From contig JBEKBX010000005.1 in assembly GCA_050015175.1 (NCBI GenBank), positions 9,069 through 73,068 of the forward strand: a stretch of DNA of 64,000 nucleotides. The letters are read 5' to 3'. The notes under the pieces were generated by a model. The model searched no databases. It was not told the origin of the DNA and saw only the letters and a list, made by a program, of their open reading frames with translations. Positions 43,317 through 52,521 of the stretch are shown piece after piece. Each line of letters begins with the position of its first letter. Positions within the stretch are counted from its first letter, which is position 1. The position numbers and the translations under genes were made by a program. The DNA comes from Acidimicrobiales bacterium (GTDB lineage Bacteria > Actinomycetota > Acidimicrobiia > Acidimicrobiales > Bog-793).

Positions 43317-46255
43317 TGAAGTTGAGCATCACACTGAACGGCGTCACGCGTGCTCTTACCTGCGACGCGGGCGATTCGCTGCTTGACGTGCTCCGTCGGG
43401 AGGGATGCTTCAGCGTCCGCTATGGCTCGGAGACCGGCGAGACCGGCGCGGGCGCGGTCCTGCTCGACGGTCGCTTGATCTCGTCCGACGTGCTCCTTGC
43501 GGCCCAGGCAGACGGGCACGCGGTGATCACGGTCGAGTCGCTGAACGTGACCACGGGAGAGATGGACCCCATCCAGGAGGCGTTCGTCGAGACAGGGGCT
43601 CTGCAGTCCGGGTACTCGGCCGGCGCGATGGTGTTGGCCACCAAGGCTCTCCTCGAGCGGCAGCCCGATCCCACTGACGAACAGATTCGCGATGCATTGT
43701 CGGGGATTCTCGACCGTGAGACCGGCTACACCAAGGTCATCGAGGCTGTTCGACGCGCCGCGGCGGTGCGCCGCGGCGAGAAGCCGAACCCGATGGAGCC
43801 CGTCGTTGTCGAGTCCCTGTCCGGCAACCCCGAGCTGGCGGCGACGCTGCGCCCGCTCGCACTTGAGGTTTCGCCCGCCATACCGCGCCTTGTGACCTCA
43901 CCCGATGTTCCACAGACCGCGGTGGTCGGCAAGCCCGAGCACAAGGTGGAGGCTCTGAGGCTCGTCAAGGGCAACGCTGCCTTCGCCGACGACATCGAGC
44001 TTCGCGGGATGCTCTACGCGAAAGTCCTGCGCAGCCCCCATGCCCATGCGCGCATCGTGGCGATAGACGACTCGCAGGCGAGAGCTTTGCCCGGCGTCCA
44101 CGCAGTGCTGCACCACGGCAACATGCCGCGGGTGAAGTACGCCTCTGGCGGCCAGAGCTGGCCGAACCCGCGACCTCACGACGAGGTGAGCTTCGACGAC
44201 AAGGTGCGCTATGTCGGCGACCGAGTCGCAGCCGTCGCTGCTGAGTCGCCGGAGATCGCCGAGGAGGCGTGCCGACTGATCAATGTCACCTACGAGGTCC
44301 TGCCCGCTGTCCTGGATGCCAAGTCGGCGTTGGCGGAGGGCGCGCCTGTCATCCATGACGAGTCAGACACCGTGGGGATCTTTGACGCAGCGCACAACAT
44401 CAGCCATCACATCGGGGGCCAGACGGTCAGCGACGCGGAGATGGAAGCTGCATTCGCGCGGGCCGACCACGTCTTTGAGACGACCTTCGAGGTCCAGCAG
44501 ATGCAGCACACCCCGATCGAGCCCCACGCCACGATCGGCTGGCTCGACGAGGACGAGCGGCTGGTGCTGCGGTCGTCCACGCAGGTGCCCTTCCACATCC
44601 GTCGCATGCTCGCGCCTCTGCTCGGGCTCCCGGTGAAGGCCATTCGCATCATCAAGCCCCGCATAGGAGGCGGCTTCGGCTCCAAGCAGGAGATGGTCAT
44701 CGAGGACATCGTCGGCCACCTCGTGCTCGCGACCCGCCGGCCTGTCCGGCTCGTGCTCAACCGGGAAGAGGAGTTCATCTCGACGCGCACCCGCCACTCG
44801 CAGACGCTCACATACCGGACCGGGGTCACAGACGACGGACATCTCGTGGCGCAGGATCTCCGGGTGTTGTCGAGCACAGGCGCCTACGGCACTCACGGTT
44901 TCACGGTGAATTCGCTCACGGGCGCCCGAGGCCTCTCGCTGTACAACTGCCCGGCCAAGAGGTTCAGTTGCGACGTCGCGTATACGAACCGCCCGGTCGC
45001 GGGCGCGTTCCGCGGCTACGGGGCACCGCAGGCATTCTTCGGGCTCGAGTCCCAGATGGACGACATCGCCCGCGCCCTGCACCTCGATCCCATCGAGTTC
45101 CGGCGCATGAACTGGGTGAAGACCGGCGACGCGCTCGACATATTGCTGCGCCTCGGTGAACGCGGGGGCATTGTGGAGGAGATCGCACCCGAGGACATGC
45201 CGCACGTGACGACCTGCGGCACGGACGAGTGCGTAGCACAGGGGCTGCGCGCGATCGGCTGGCACCGTCGTGAGGACCCGCTGTGGAAACAGCCACCGGA
45301 CCGGCCGCACATCCGGCGCGGGATCGGTCTCGCACTGTGCATGCAAGGGTCGGGCATCCCGTTTGTGGACATGGGGGCGAGCTCGATCAAGATCAACGAC
45401 GACGGGTCGTTCAACCTCCTCGTCGGTGCCGCCGACCTCGGTACGGGTGCAGATACGGTGTTCGCCCAGATCGCGGCGGACGTACTCGGGGTCGCGACCG
45501 AAGACATCGTGGTGTACTCGGGAGACACCGACTTCACGCCGTTCGACAAGGGTGCTTACGCTTCGAGCACTACCTACATCTCCGGTATGGCGGTGAAGAA
45601 GGCGGCCGAGGCCGCGCGGAAGCGGATAGTCGAGCGAGCGACTCGGCTCTTGAGCGTCGACGCCGGCGAGATCGAGCTGCGCGACCGCCGAGCGTGGGCG
45701 GCCGACGGGCAGTCCATATCGATCGGGGACATCGCCTTGAATGCGCTGCACACCGAGGACCAGGAGCAGATCATGGGAACGGCGTCCCACTGGTCGACCG
45801 AGTCTCCGGCCCCCTTCGCGGCGCAGTTGGCCGAGATCGAGGTCGACATCGAGACCGGTCAGATCACGGTCAACAAGCTCGTGATGGCTGTGGACTGCGG
45901 TGTGCCGATCAACCCCGTCACGGCGAGCGGTCAGGTCGAGGGCGGCATGGTCCAGGCGCTCGGGTACGCGCTCACCGAAGAGACGCTCCTCGACGACCTC
46001 GGCCGCCCTGTGAATGCGCGCTTTGGACCCTACTGGATCTTCCGGTCCGATGACACGCCGACCACCGAGGTCTTCCTCGTACAAACGATGGAGACTTCTG
46101 GACCGTTTGGGGCCAAGTCCATCGCCGAGATAGTCATCGATGGAGTCGCTCCTGCGGTTCGCAACGCCGTTCTCGACGCGACGGGAGTGACCATCGATTC
46201 GATCCCGTTCACGCCAGAGCGCGTCTGGCGTGCCCTTCATGCCCAGACGGTGTGA
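43316..46255 (+). CDS. Xanthine-dehydrogenase-family Moco subunit fused to a cysteine-less [2Fe-2S]-like N-terminal module
   Basis: 979-aa uninterrupted ORF. Moco-domain motifs IGGGFGSKQE, AGAFRGYGAPQAFFGLE and GPFGAKSIAEIVIDGVAPAV. The N-terminal 150 aa are colinear with small-subunit ferredoxin domains, but every ligand Cys is substituted (GSETGETGAGAV, QSGYSAGA, DRETGY). Confidence 0.85.
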   Translation: MKLSITLNGVTRALTCDAGDSLLDVLRREGCFSVRYGSETGETGAGAVLLDGRLISSDVLLAAQADGHAVITVESLNVTTGEMDPIQEAFVETGALQSGYSAGAMVLATKALLERQPDPTDEQIRDALSGILDRETGYTKVIEAVRRAAAVRRGEKPNPMEPVVVESLSGNPELAATLRPLALEVSPAIPRLVTSPDVPQTAVVGKPEHKVEALRLVKGNAAFADDIELRGMLYAKVLRSPHAHARIVAIDDSQARALPGVHAVLHHGNMPRVKYASGGQSWPNPRPHDEVSFDDKVRYVGDRVAAVAAESPEIAEEACRLINVTYEVLPAVLDAKSALAEGAPVIHDESDTVGIFDAAHNISHHIGGQTVSDAEMEAAFARADHVFETTFEVQQMQHTPIEPHATIGWLDEDERLVLRSSTQVPFHIRRMLAPLLGLPVKAIRIIKPRIGGGFGSKQEMVIEDIVGHLVLATRRPVRLVLNREEEFISTRTRHSQTLTYRTGVTDDGHLVAQDLRVLSSTGAYGTHGFTVNSLTGARGLSLYNCPAKRFSCDVAYTNRPVAGAFRGYGAPQAFFGLESQMDDIARALHLDPIEFRRMNWVKTGDALDILLRLGERGGIVEEIAPEDMPHVTTCGTDECVAQGLRAIGWHRREDPLWKQPPDRPHIRRGIGLALCMQGSGIPFVDMGASSIKINDDGSFNLLVGAADLGTGADTVFAQIAADVLGVATEDIVVYSGDTDFTPFDKGAYASSTTYISGMAVKKAAEAARKRIVERATRLLSVDAGEIELRDRRAWAADGQSISIGDIALNALHTEDQEQIMGTASHWSTESPAPFAAQLAEIEVDIETGQITVNKLVMAVDCGVPINPVTASGQVEGGMVQALGYALTEETLLDDLGRPVNARFGPYWIFRSDDTPTTEVFLVQTMETSGPFGAKSIAEIVIDGVAPAVRNAVLDATGVTIDSIPFTPERVWRALHAQTV

Positions 46256-46424
46256 TCTTTAGCGCCCAGGGACACGCGAGACAGCAGGTATCGGTGTTCT
46301 CGCTCGTGGCGGCACATGCTCACGCGTTGTGACAGCCGCGGTGACGGCTGAATCCGCCCGCGCTCAAACGAGAATGACCTATCCGACCACAAGTCCAGGG
46401 GGTGCGGGGCGCAGCCCCGTTCGG

Positions 46425-46819
46425 GGAGATCGCGAAGCTCACGGATCGCCGGCGGAGGCACGAAGCTACCGCGGAGCAAACCGTGCTCCAACAATTCGCA
46501 GAGCCACGCCGCGTCGGCGACGTCGGTCTTGCGACCGGGCAGAATCTTCACGTGCCGGGCGTTGACGAGCTTCAGCTCAAAGGAACCCTCTTCGAGCAGA
46601 TACCAGACCGGCTTCCAGTACTGGCCGGTCGCCTCCATCAAGACGTCGGTCACGGCCAGCTCGGCGAGCCAGCCGGCGAGTGCCTCCAGTCCGAATCGGA
46701 ACGCCGAAAAGGTCCGGATCTCCTGTCGGCGTCCCCCGGCTTGTCCGGCACGCGGATGCAAGCGACCACCTCGTTTTTCGAGACGTCGAGCCCGGCGCAG
46801 CGGGCTACCAACAAATCCA
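46425..46819 (-). mobile_element. IS110-family transposase relic (N-terminal DEDD domain only; frameshifted and 3-prime truncated)
   Basis: ATG at 46819: MDLLVARCAGLDVSKNEVVACIRVPD. A frameshift at the C5 run near 46733..46737 follows, then QEIRTFSAFRFGLEALAGWLAELAVTDVLMEATGQYWKPVWYLLEEGSFELKLVNARHVKILPGRKTDVADAAWLCELLEHGLLRGSFVPPPAIRELRDL. Similarity stops there and the C-terminal domain is missing. Confidence 0.75.
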
Positions 46820-47160
46820 TGTCGAGCACCTCCCAGATCTAGCCAACAATGATGTGCCCGGCAGGGCCGACCGAATCAACAACGCTGAAACACGTGCTCG
46901 CAGCAACAGTTCGTGGTGCCGGAGCGGCCCCCGCATCAGTCTGACTGTCGGGCTTACTGCACCAAGGGAAGCCGAGCTTGGCCGGGCACAGCCACATTCT
47001 CATCCGTCGTGGTGGCCCTTGGCCATGGGGGTCTGACTAGCAACTTTGTCCGCGGTCAGCCTGAAGCTCTCGTGAGAGAGGTGTGCCTCGTCTTACTCAA
47101 GAGCCGACGGCTTTCTGCATCTCGTGTGCTCAGCTTCGGGTCACAAGAAGCCGTGACGTC

Positions 47161-47730
47161 TCACAGCCGTTCAGGAAGGTGCTGGAGCTTGTCGGCCAGG
47201 GACTCGCAGCGCTGCACCACGAAGCTGTGAGTGTCACCGCCGTGCAGGGTGAGCTCCAGCGATCCAGCGACGGGTGCTGTCGATATGGGGAACAGCCGGA
47301 TGTTAGTCATGTCGGACCAAGCGATGTTGAGAGCGGGAAGCTCCGTCGCGCGCCGGGGCGTGAAGGAGAGGCCCTGCCTGTCGAGGACGAGTTCCCCTGC
47401 GATTTGGCGGCCTCCGCGAGCTCCTGGCAGGTTCTCGGCCCGCGCCGGGCCCGCATAGATCGGGTCACCCGAAAGGCTTTTGAGTCGGCTCTCTTCGAGG
47501 CGACGCCACCTCCCCTTCAATAGCGGCACTTGTATCGCTGCGATCAGAAGCATGGCGGCGAGAAAGATCGTCGCGGCGATGATGGCCTTGGAAGAGTGGT
47601 CGAGTCCGACGGCCATGATGAAGCCGAGGGCGGCCACCGCCAGGACACGCGTGATGACGAATCGCCAGAGGCCCCTCGGCGGCACGATCTCGCGAGTGGG
47701 GAACCGTAGCTCAGACGGCTCTTTGGTCAC
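47161..47730 (-). CDS. Hypothetical membrane protein (2 N-terminal TM + ~110-aa C-terminal soluble domain, PH/GRAM-like guess)
   Basis: GTG start. RFVITRVLAVAALGFIMAVGL and IIAATIFLAAMLLIAAIQV helices, then GELVLDRQGLSFTPRR...SLELTLHGGDTHSFVV. The domain guess is weak. Confidence 0.5.
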   Translation of the reverse strand: MTKEPSELRFPTREIVPPRGLWRFVITRVLAVAALGFIMAVGLDHSSKAIIAATIFLAAMLLIAAIQVPLLKGRWRRLEESRLKSLSGDPIYAGPARAENLPGARGGRQIAGELVLDRQGLSFTPRRATELPALNIAWSDMTNIRLFPISTAPVAGSLELTLHGGDTHSFVVQRCESLADKLQHLPERL

Positions 47731-47898
47731 ACGGGCAGATTAGCTGTGGCTTGTCGTCCCTAGAGAACCGGAAGGTGGACTGGCTTTGCAGGCCGTTGGC
47801 AAGCCCACGTCGGTCGTCCCCGCTCCGCGTACGGTCGACGGTCTCTCGCGCGACCGACGTGCTGGCGTGGGATCCGTTGGCGGCCGGGTAAGCGACAT

Positions 47899-48636
47899 TC
47901 ATACCGCGCCCGGCAGGCTCCTGGGCTCGATCCGCTCCTCTGTCGCATGGTCTCCGTCTCGGCGGACCACGTACGCCCCTTTTCCTCTGATCTCGGTCAC
48001 TGCTCCGACGAATTCGGTTCCTCGGTAGAGCAGGCCGACCCCGTCGTCAGATGCGTACCCGCTCGGCAACACTCCGTCGGCGATCAGCTGCTGGAACAGT
48101 GGGCGACGCTGGGGCTCGGAGTCGTAGTGGACGCCATTGGCATAGGGGAGGAGGCCGAGGCCGTTGGTCACGGGCCGCAGATCGGGCCCGAAGGAGTCGG
48201 TCGTACCACCGACGTGCCAGCACAGGGAACCGGCCGAGACCCCGGCGAGCACCACTCCTGCGCGCCACACCTCGCGAAATATGCGGTCGCGACCGTGAAC
48301 GCGCCAGATCGCGAGCAGGTTCACGACGCTGCCGCCGCCCACCCAGATCACATCCTGGTCCAGGAGGAACTCTGCCACGTCTTCGACGCTCGGCATAGGG
48401 AACAGGTTCAAGTGCACGACATCCACACCGGCCGCGTGCCCGGCCTCGTCCCACAGTCCGTTCCAGAACCGCTGGTCGCCGCCGGCCGTTCCCACGTGGC
48501 ACAACCGGGGGCGCCGGGCATCCACTCCCGCCAGCTCGATGGCATGAAAGACCAACGGGGCGAACGCGAAATCGGTACGAGACCCTCGCTTCAGTCCTCC
48601 GGAGGTCGCAAGGATCGTCGGCAGATCGGCAGGCAT
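47899..48636 (-). CDS. Peptidase S51 family (dipeptidase E-like)
   Basis: ILATSGGL..., VIWVGGGSVVNLL and VLAGVSAGSLCW (nucleophile Ser context). ATG at 48636 preferred over the track start 48723. Confidence 0.75.
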   Translation of the reverse strand: MPADLPTILATSGGLKRGSRTDFAFAPLVFHAIELAGVDARRPRLCHVGTAGGDQRFWNGLWDEAGHAAGVDVVHLNLFPMPSVEDVAEFLLDQDVIWVGGGSVVNLLAIWRVHGRDRIFREVWRAGVVLAGVSAGSLCWHVGGTTDSFGPDLRPVTNGLGLLPYANGVHYDSEPQRRPLFQQLIADGVLPSGYASDDGVGLLYRGTEFVGAVTEIRGKGAYVVRRDGDHATEERIEPRSLPGAV

Positions 48637-48759
48637 GCTGAGATCGTAACGAGCGGGGGCGCCGTGGAAGATGAGACCCGGGCCAGGTCTCCGCGCGAAG
48701 ACATGTTTGAGCCGAGGTGGCACACGCCCGTCCGGTCTGGCTGAGGAGGTACCGGACCT

Positions 48760-50418
48760 TCAGTTCTGCCCCGCTCTGGCGGGAAGCTCGGGACGCGATT
48801 GCTGAGGTTGGCCTTGGCGGTGTCCGGCGCCCCGGTTCGGCAGCACCATGAGCACTACGAGACCTGCTGCGCCGACCACGGCCGCGCCGACGGCGACGGC
48901 GAGGTCCAAGCCACTAATGAAGGACTGCCGCGCGAAGCTGGCGAGTTCGAACCCGAGCGCGCCTCCGATCTTCTGGCCCACGGCGAGAGCGCCGCCCAGC
49001 GAGCCGGTGATCAGGTGCAGGATCGAAGAGGGCATCTTGTAGTGGGCGAGCACCGGGGTCAGCCTGTTCTGATAGCGCGTGTTGAGCAGGCTGCCGAGAA
49101 CACCGACTCCGAGCGCCCCGCCGGTCTGCAGCGAGGCTCCGTTGGTGGCCGCGCCTACACCTGCTTGGTCTACGGGCAGCGATCCCATCACTGATTCGGT
49201 GCTGGGGGCGAAGGCGAGGCCCGTGCCGAGGCCTATCAACAAGAACGCGGGCAACACGTCCATGTACGAGTCGTGGACGGTGACTCGCGTCAAGAGCCCG
49301 AAACCCAAGGCGACGAAAGCCATTCCTGCAAAGACAACCGGCTTGGTGCCGACGATGTGATCTATCACGCTCGACAGAGGAGCAACGACCAGTAGCACGC
49401 CGGCGATTGGTGCAATCCGCAGCCCGGTTTCAAAGGCCGTGTAACCGAGGGAGAACTGCAGGTACTGGGTAAGGAGGAAGAGCCCGCCCATCAGTGCGAA
49501 CATGACGAGCCCCATGGCTCCCACGGCGCCCGAGAAGCGCCGCGACTTGAAGAATGAGACCTCGAGCATCGGGTGGGACGAGTGTCGTTCCCAGGTCGCG
49601 AACACAGCCAGAACTGCTATTGCGGCGGCGATGGCGCCGAGGATGAGCGGGGACGTCCAGGTGCGGTTCGGCGCTTCGATAATCCCCCATAGCAACAATC
49701 CCATACCCACGATCGAGAGGCCCGCACCGATCGGGTCAGGACGTTTGGCGTTGATGTTCCTCGAATTGGGCACGAGCCAGGCCGCGGCGAAGAGCCCGAT
49801 CAGCGCGATGGGCACGTTGACGAGGAACACCGAGCCCCACCAGAAGTGAGCGAGCAGCCAGCCGCCGGCGACAGGACCGACTGCTACGCCGAGCCCGGTG
49901 GTGCCCGACCAGATTCCGATGGCCCGGGCTCGCTCACGAGATTCGGTGAAAGTGTTCGTGAGTATCGACAGCGTCGAGGGCATTATGGCCGATCCACCGA
50001 TCCCCATGAAGGCCCGTGCGGCGATGAGCCGGTCGGGCGTTCCCGAGAAAGCGGACATCGCCGAACCAGACGCGAATATGACCAGTCCAGCCATGAAGAC
50101 CCACTTGCGTCCCAGGCGGTCGCCGAAGCTGCCAGCGACCAGGAGCAGCCCGGCGAAAACGATCGCATAGGAGTCGACGATCCACTGCAGGGAGCTCGAC
50201 GAGGCGTGCAGGCTGCGCACGATGACCGGCAGTGCCACGTTCAAGATCGTGTTGTCGAGGCTCACGATGAGGAGGCTCACGCATAGCACGGCGAGAATCA
50301 GCCGCCGATTCCGGGGCCGGAAAGCCTTCGCCTCAGACATCTCCGAGCGTGTAGCGAGGTCCGCTGACCGAGGTTGTGAAGTGCCGACAGGATCAGGACC
50401 GGAGACGGAGGTGCTCAT
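48760..50418 (-). CDS. MFS transporter, DHA2 (14-TM EmrB/QacA-like) drug:H+ antiporter family
   Basis: LDNTILNVALPVI, GSFGDRLGRKWVF and about 14 hydrophobic helices. Start is ambiguous (ATG 50418 or 50340; the track ORF starts at 50463). Confidence 0.85.
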   Translation of the reverse strand: MSTSVSGPDPVGTSQPRSADLATRSEMSEAKAFRPRNRRLILAVLCVSLLIVSLDNTILNVALPVIVRSLHASSSSLQWIVDSYAIVFAGLLLVAGSFGDRLGRKWVFMAGLVIFASGSAMSAFSGTPDRLIAARAFMGIGGSAIMPSTLSILTNTFTESRERARAIGIWSGTTGLGVAVGPVAGGWLLAHFWWGSVFLVNVPIALIGLFAAAWLVPNSRNINAKRPDPIGAGLSIVGMGLLLWGIIEAPNRTWTSPLILGAIAAAIAVLAVFATWERHSSHPMLEVSFFKSRRFSGAVGAMGLVMFALMGGLFLLTQYLQFSLGYTAFETGLRIAPIAGVLLVVAPLSSVIDHIVGTKPVVFAGMAFVALGFGLLTRVTVHDSYMDVLPAFLLIGLGTGLAFAPSTESVMGSLPVDQAGVGAATNGASLQTGGALGVGVLGSLLNTRYQNRLTPVLAHYKMPSSILHLITGSLGGALAVGQKIGGALGFELASFARQSFISGLDLAVAVGAAVVGAAGLVVLMVLPNRGAGHRQGQPQQSRPELPARAGQN

Positions 50419-50813
50419 CGGGAACCGGATGGCCCTTGCCCCAAGGAGAGCCGCGGGGCACACCTGTGCTTGAGCGCTCCCTCGTCACGGCAGTCGATGG
50501 CTTCGACGGACTGTTCCCGGCCGGTGGCCCCCAACACAGTGGGCGTGCTCGTCACGGTTGATCCTCGCTTGCGGGCTCTCTACTACGGGCAATGTGCCAA
50601 CGCCGCACCGCTGACCCGGGCACAACGCTTCCACTCTAACCAGCAGCGCCCGGGTCCTCTGAGCTGTCTGCTCAGACAGGTCGGAGGACACCACGAGCCG
50701 GCTCGTCTCTCTCAGCGATTGCCTAGACGCATCTCAGCAAATCCTCAGGTGTCCACGATGTACTGAATGCAGGCAGCTGTACGCGCGCTACCGTCCCTGA
50801 GGAGGAGAGGGCG

Positions 50814-52385
50814 ATGGACGACGAGAACGAGAGCGAGGAAACCAGCGAAGCAAAGGCCGACGGGCTAGCGTCGTCGCAGCCTGAGGCCTCGGGTGCGCCC
50901 GACCTCACGGCCGCGCCTGCCGGTACCGAGACCGGAGCTGCTGGCTGGACGTGGGCGCCCCCACCCCCACCGCCACCTTTTCCCGGCGCGTTCAGGACCG
51001 ATGCCCCTACTGCGGGCTGGGCTCCTCCTCCGCCACCTTTTCCCGACACGTCCGTCAGGACCGACGCCGGCGCTCCCGGCTGGGCGCCGCCACCTCCGCC
51101 AAGCGGGCCGCCAGGGGGAATAGGAGGTGGGGCGCAGTGGGTCGGCCCCCCTGGGTGGTACTGGGCTGCATCGCCGACGCCGCCACCTAGGAGGCGTCGG
51201 GCGGCGACCATCTGGTTAGTCGTGCTGCTGCTAGTGGTCGGTCTCGCGGCGGGGTTCGGCATCGGCCGAATAGCTTGGAACTCGACCTCGAAGTCCACCT
51301 CTCTTCCATCGGGAGGCTCACCCAACTTTCCGTACGGCTCGGGCACATTGCCGTACGGCTCGGGGACCTTCCCCTTCGGCTCGGGATCCTTCCCGTTCGG
51401 GTCCGGCTCCTCGGGTTCGATTTCGTCTGCGGCGGGAGGCCCTTCGGATCCCGCGGCGATCGCGGGCCGGGTTGACCCAGCCATTGTGGATGTGAATACC
51501 ACCCTCGGTTATGACAATGAGGAAGCGGCCGGCACGGGAATCGTGCTCACGTCCAACGGTGAGGTGCTCACCAACAATCACGTGATCGACGGCGCCACGA
51601 GTATCCGGGTGACCGATTTGGGAGATGGCCGGGTCTACACGGCCACGGTCGCCGGTTATGACCGCTCCAGTGACATCGCCGTACTCAAGTTGGGTGGTGC
51701 GTCCGGGCTTAGGGTCGCGTCGCTCGGCAACTCGTCTACGGTTCGTGTAGGCGATCCCGTCGTGGGCATCGGAAACGTAGGCGGTGCCGGCGGAACCCCG
51801 AGCGTGGCAGGCGGATCGGTCACGGCACTCGGCCAGTCGATCACCGCCACTGAACAAGACGGCGGCAACCCAGAAAACCTGACGGGCCTCATCGAGATCA
51901 ACGCGTACATCCAGGCTGGCGACTCGGGCGGGCCGCTCGTCGACACTGCAGGAAAGATCGTCGGGATGGTCACTGCGGCCTCTGTCGGATTCCTGTTCCA
52001 GACGACAGGCACCGAGGGCTATGCCATTCCGATCAACTCCGCTGCGGCGATCGCGAGGGAGATCGAGTCCGGTCATGCCTCGGCGAACGTGCACGTGGGG
52101 CGGACAGCGTTCCTTGGCGTCCAGGTGTATTCCACTCAGAGCGGGTCTTCTCCGTCCGGAGCGGTCGTGAACGAAGTCCTTTCAGGTTCGCCTCTCTTGT
52201 CTGTGGGACTGGTCGCGGGCGACGTCATAACCTCGCTTGGTGGCAAAGCGGTTCATTCCGCTCCGGCGCTCACGACGTTGATGCAGCTGTACCACCCCGG
52301 CGACCGTGTGCGGGTCGGCTGGACAGACTCCACAGGTGGCCGGGACAGCGCGACCGTTCAACTTGCCAATGGGCCTGCCGCCTGA
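50814..52385 (+). CDS. HtrA/DegP-family trypsin-like serine protease with PDZ domain, Pro-rich N-terminus and one TM
   Basis: Strong SD GAGGAGGAGAGGG. LTNNHVIDGA (His), SSDIAVLKL (Asp), GDSGGPLVD (Ser), and a C-terminal PDZ-like LSVGLVAGDVITSLGGKAV. Confidence 0.9.
   Translation: MDDENESEETSEAKADGLASSQPEASGAPDLTAAPAGTETGAAGWTWAPPPPPPPFPGAFRTDAPTAGWAPPPPPFPDTSVRTDAGAPGWAPPPPPSGPPGGIGGGAQWVGPPGWYWAASPTPPPRRRRAATIWLVVLLLVVGLAAGFGIGRIAWNSTSKSTSLPSGGSPNFPYGSGTLPYGSGTFPFGSGSFPFGSGSSGSISSAAGGPSDPAAIAGRVDPAIVDVNTTLGYDNEEAAGTGIVLTSNGEVLTNNHVIDGATSIRVTDLGDGRVYTATVAGYDRSSDIAVLKLGGASGLRVASLGNSSTVRVGDPVVGIGNVGGAGGTPSVAGGSVTALGQSITATEQDGGNPENLTGLIEINAYIQAGDSGGPLVDTAGKIVGMVTAASVGFLFQTTGTEGYAIPINSAAAIAREIESGHASANVHVGRTAFLGVQVYSTQSGSSPSGAVVNEVLSGSPLLSVGLVAGDVITSLGGKAVHSAPALTTLMQLYHPGDRVRVGWTDSTGGRDSATVQLANGPAA
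50937..51107 (+). repeat. Three imperfect tandem coding repeats (GW-APPPPP-FP...RTDA unit) in the HtrA N-terminus
   Basis: Protein aa 42-98: AGWTWAPPPPPPPFPGAFRTDAPT / AGWAPPPPPFPDTSVRTDAGAP / GWAPPPPPSGPP. Confidence 0.8.
51324..51413 (+). repeat. Tandem hexapeptide coding repeats (F/L-P-Y/F-G-S-G) in the HtrA linker
   Basis: Protein aa 171-200: NFPYGSG TLPYGSG TFPFGSG SFPFGSG SSGS, with matching DNA periodicity cc(g/c)t(a/t)cggctcggg. Confidence 0.8.
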
Positions 52386-52521
52386 GTAGCGGTTCGACAC
52401 GGCCGCAGAGCTCCGGAAGAATTCGGCAATCCGGCTGAAGCCGCCCTTTGGCTGAGTGGCCCGCCAGAGTGACGCCAAGTGTTCCCGGCGCGCGCTCCTC
52501 CCGCTCACAGATGGGCGTCTA

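Noticed and set aside
44363-46240. 625-aa ORF on the - strand
   Set aside because: It is antisense to the Moco-subunit gene and is Arg/Asp/His/Val-rich with no motifs. This is a shadow ORF.
50723-51502. 259-aa ORF antisense to the HtrA N-terminus
   Set aside because: It is a Gly/Pro-rich mirror image of the Pro/Gly coding repeats on the + strand, an artefact of repeat composition.
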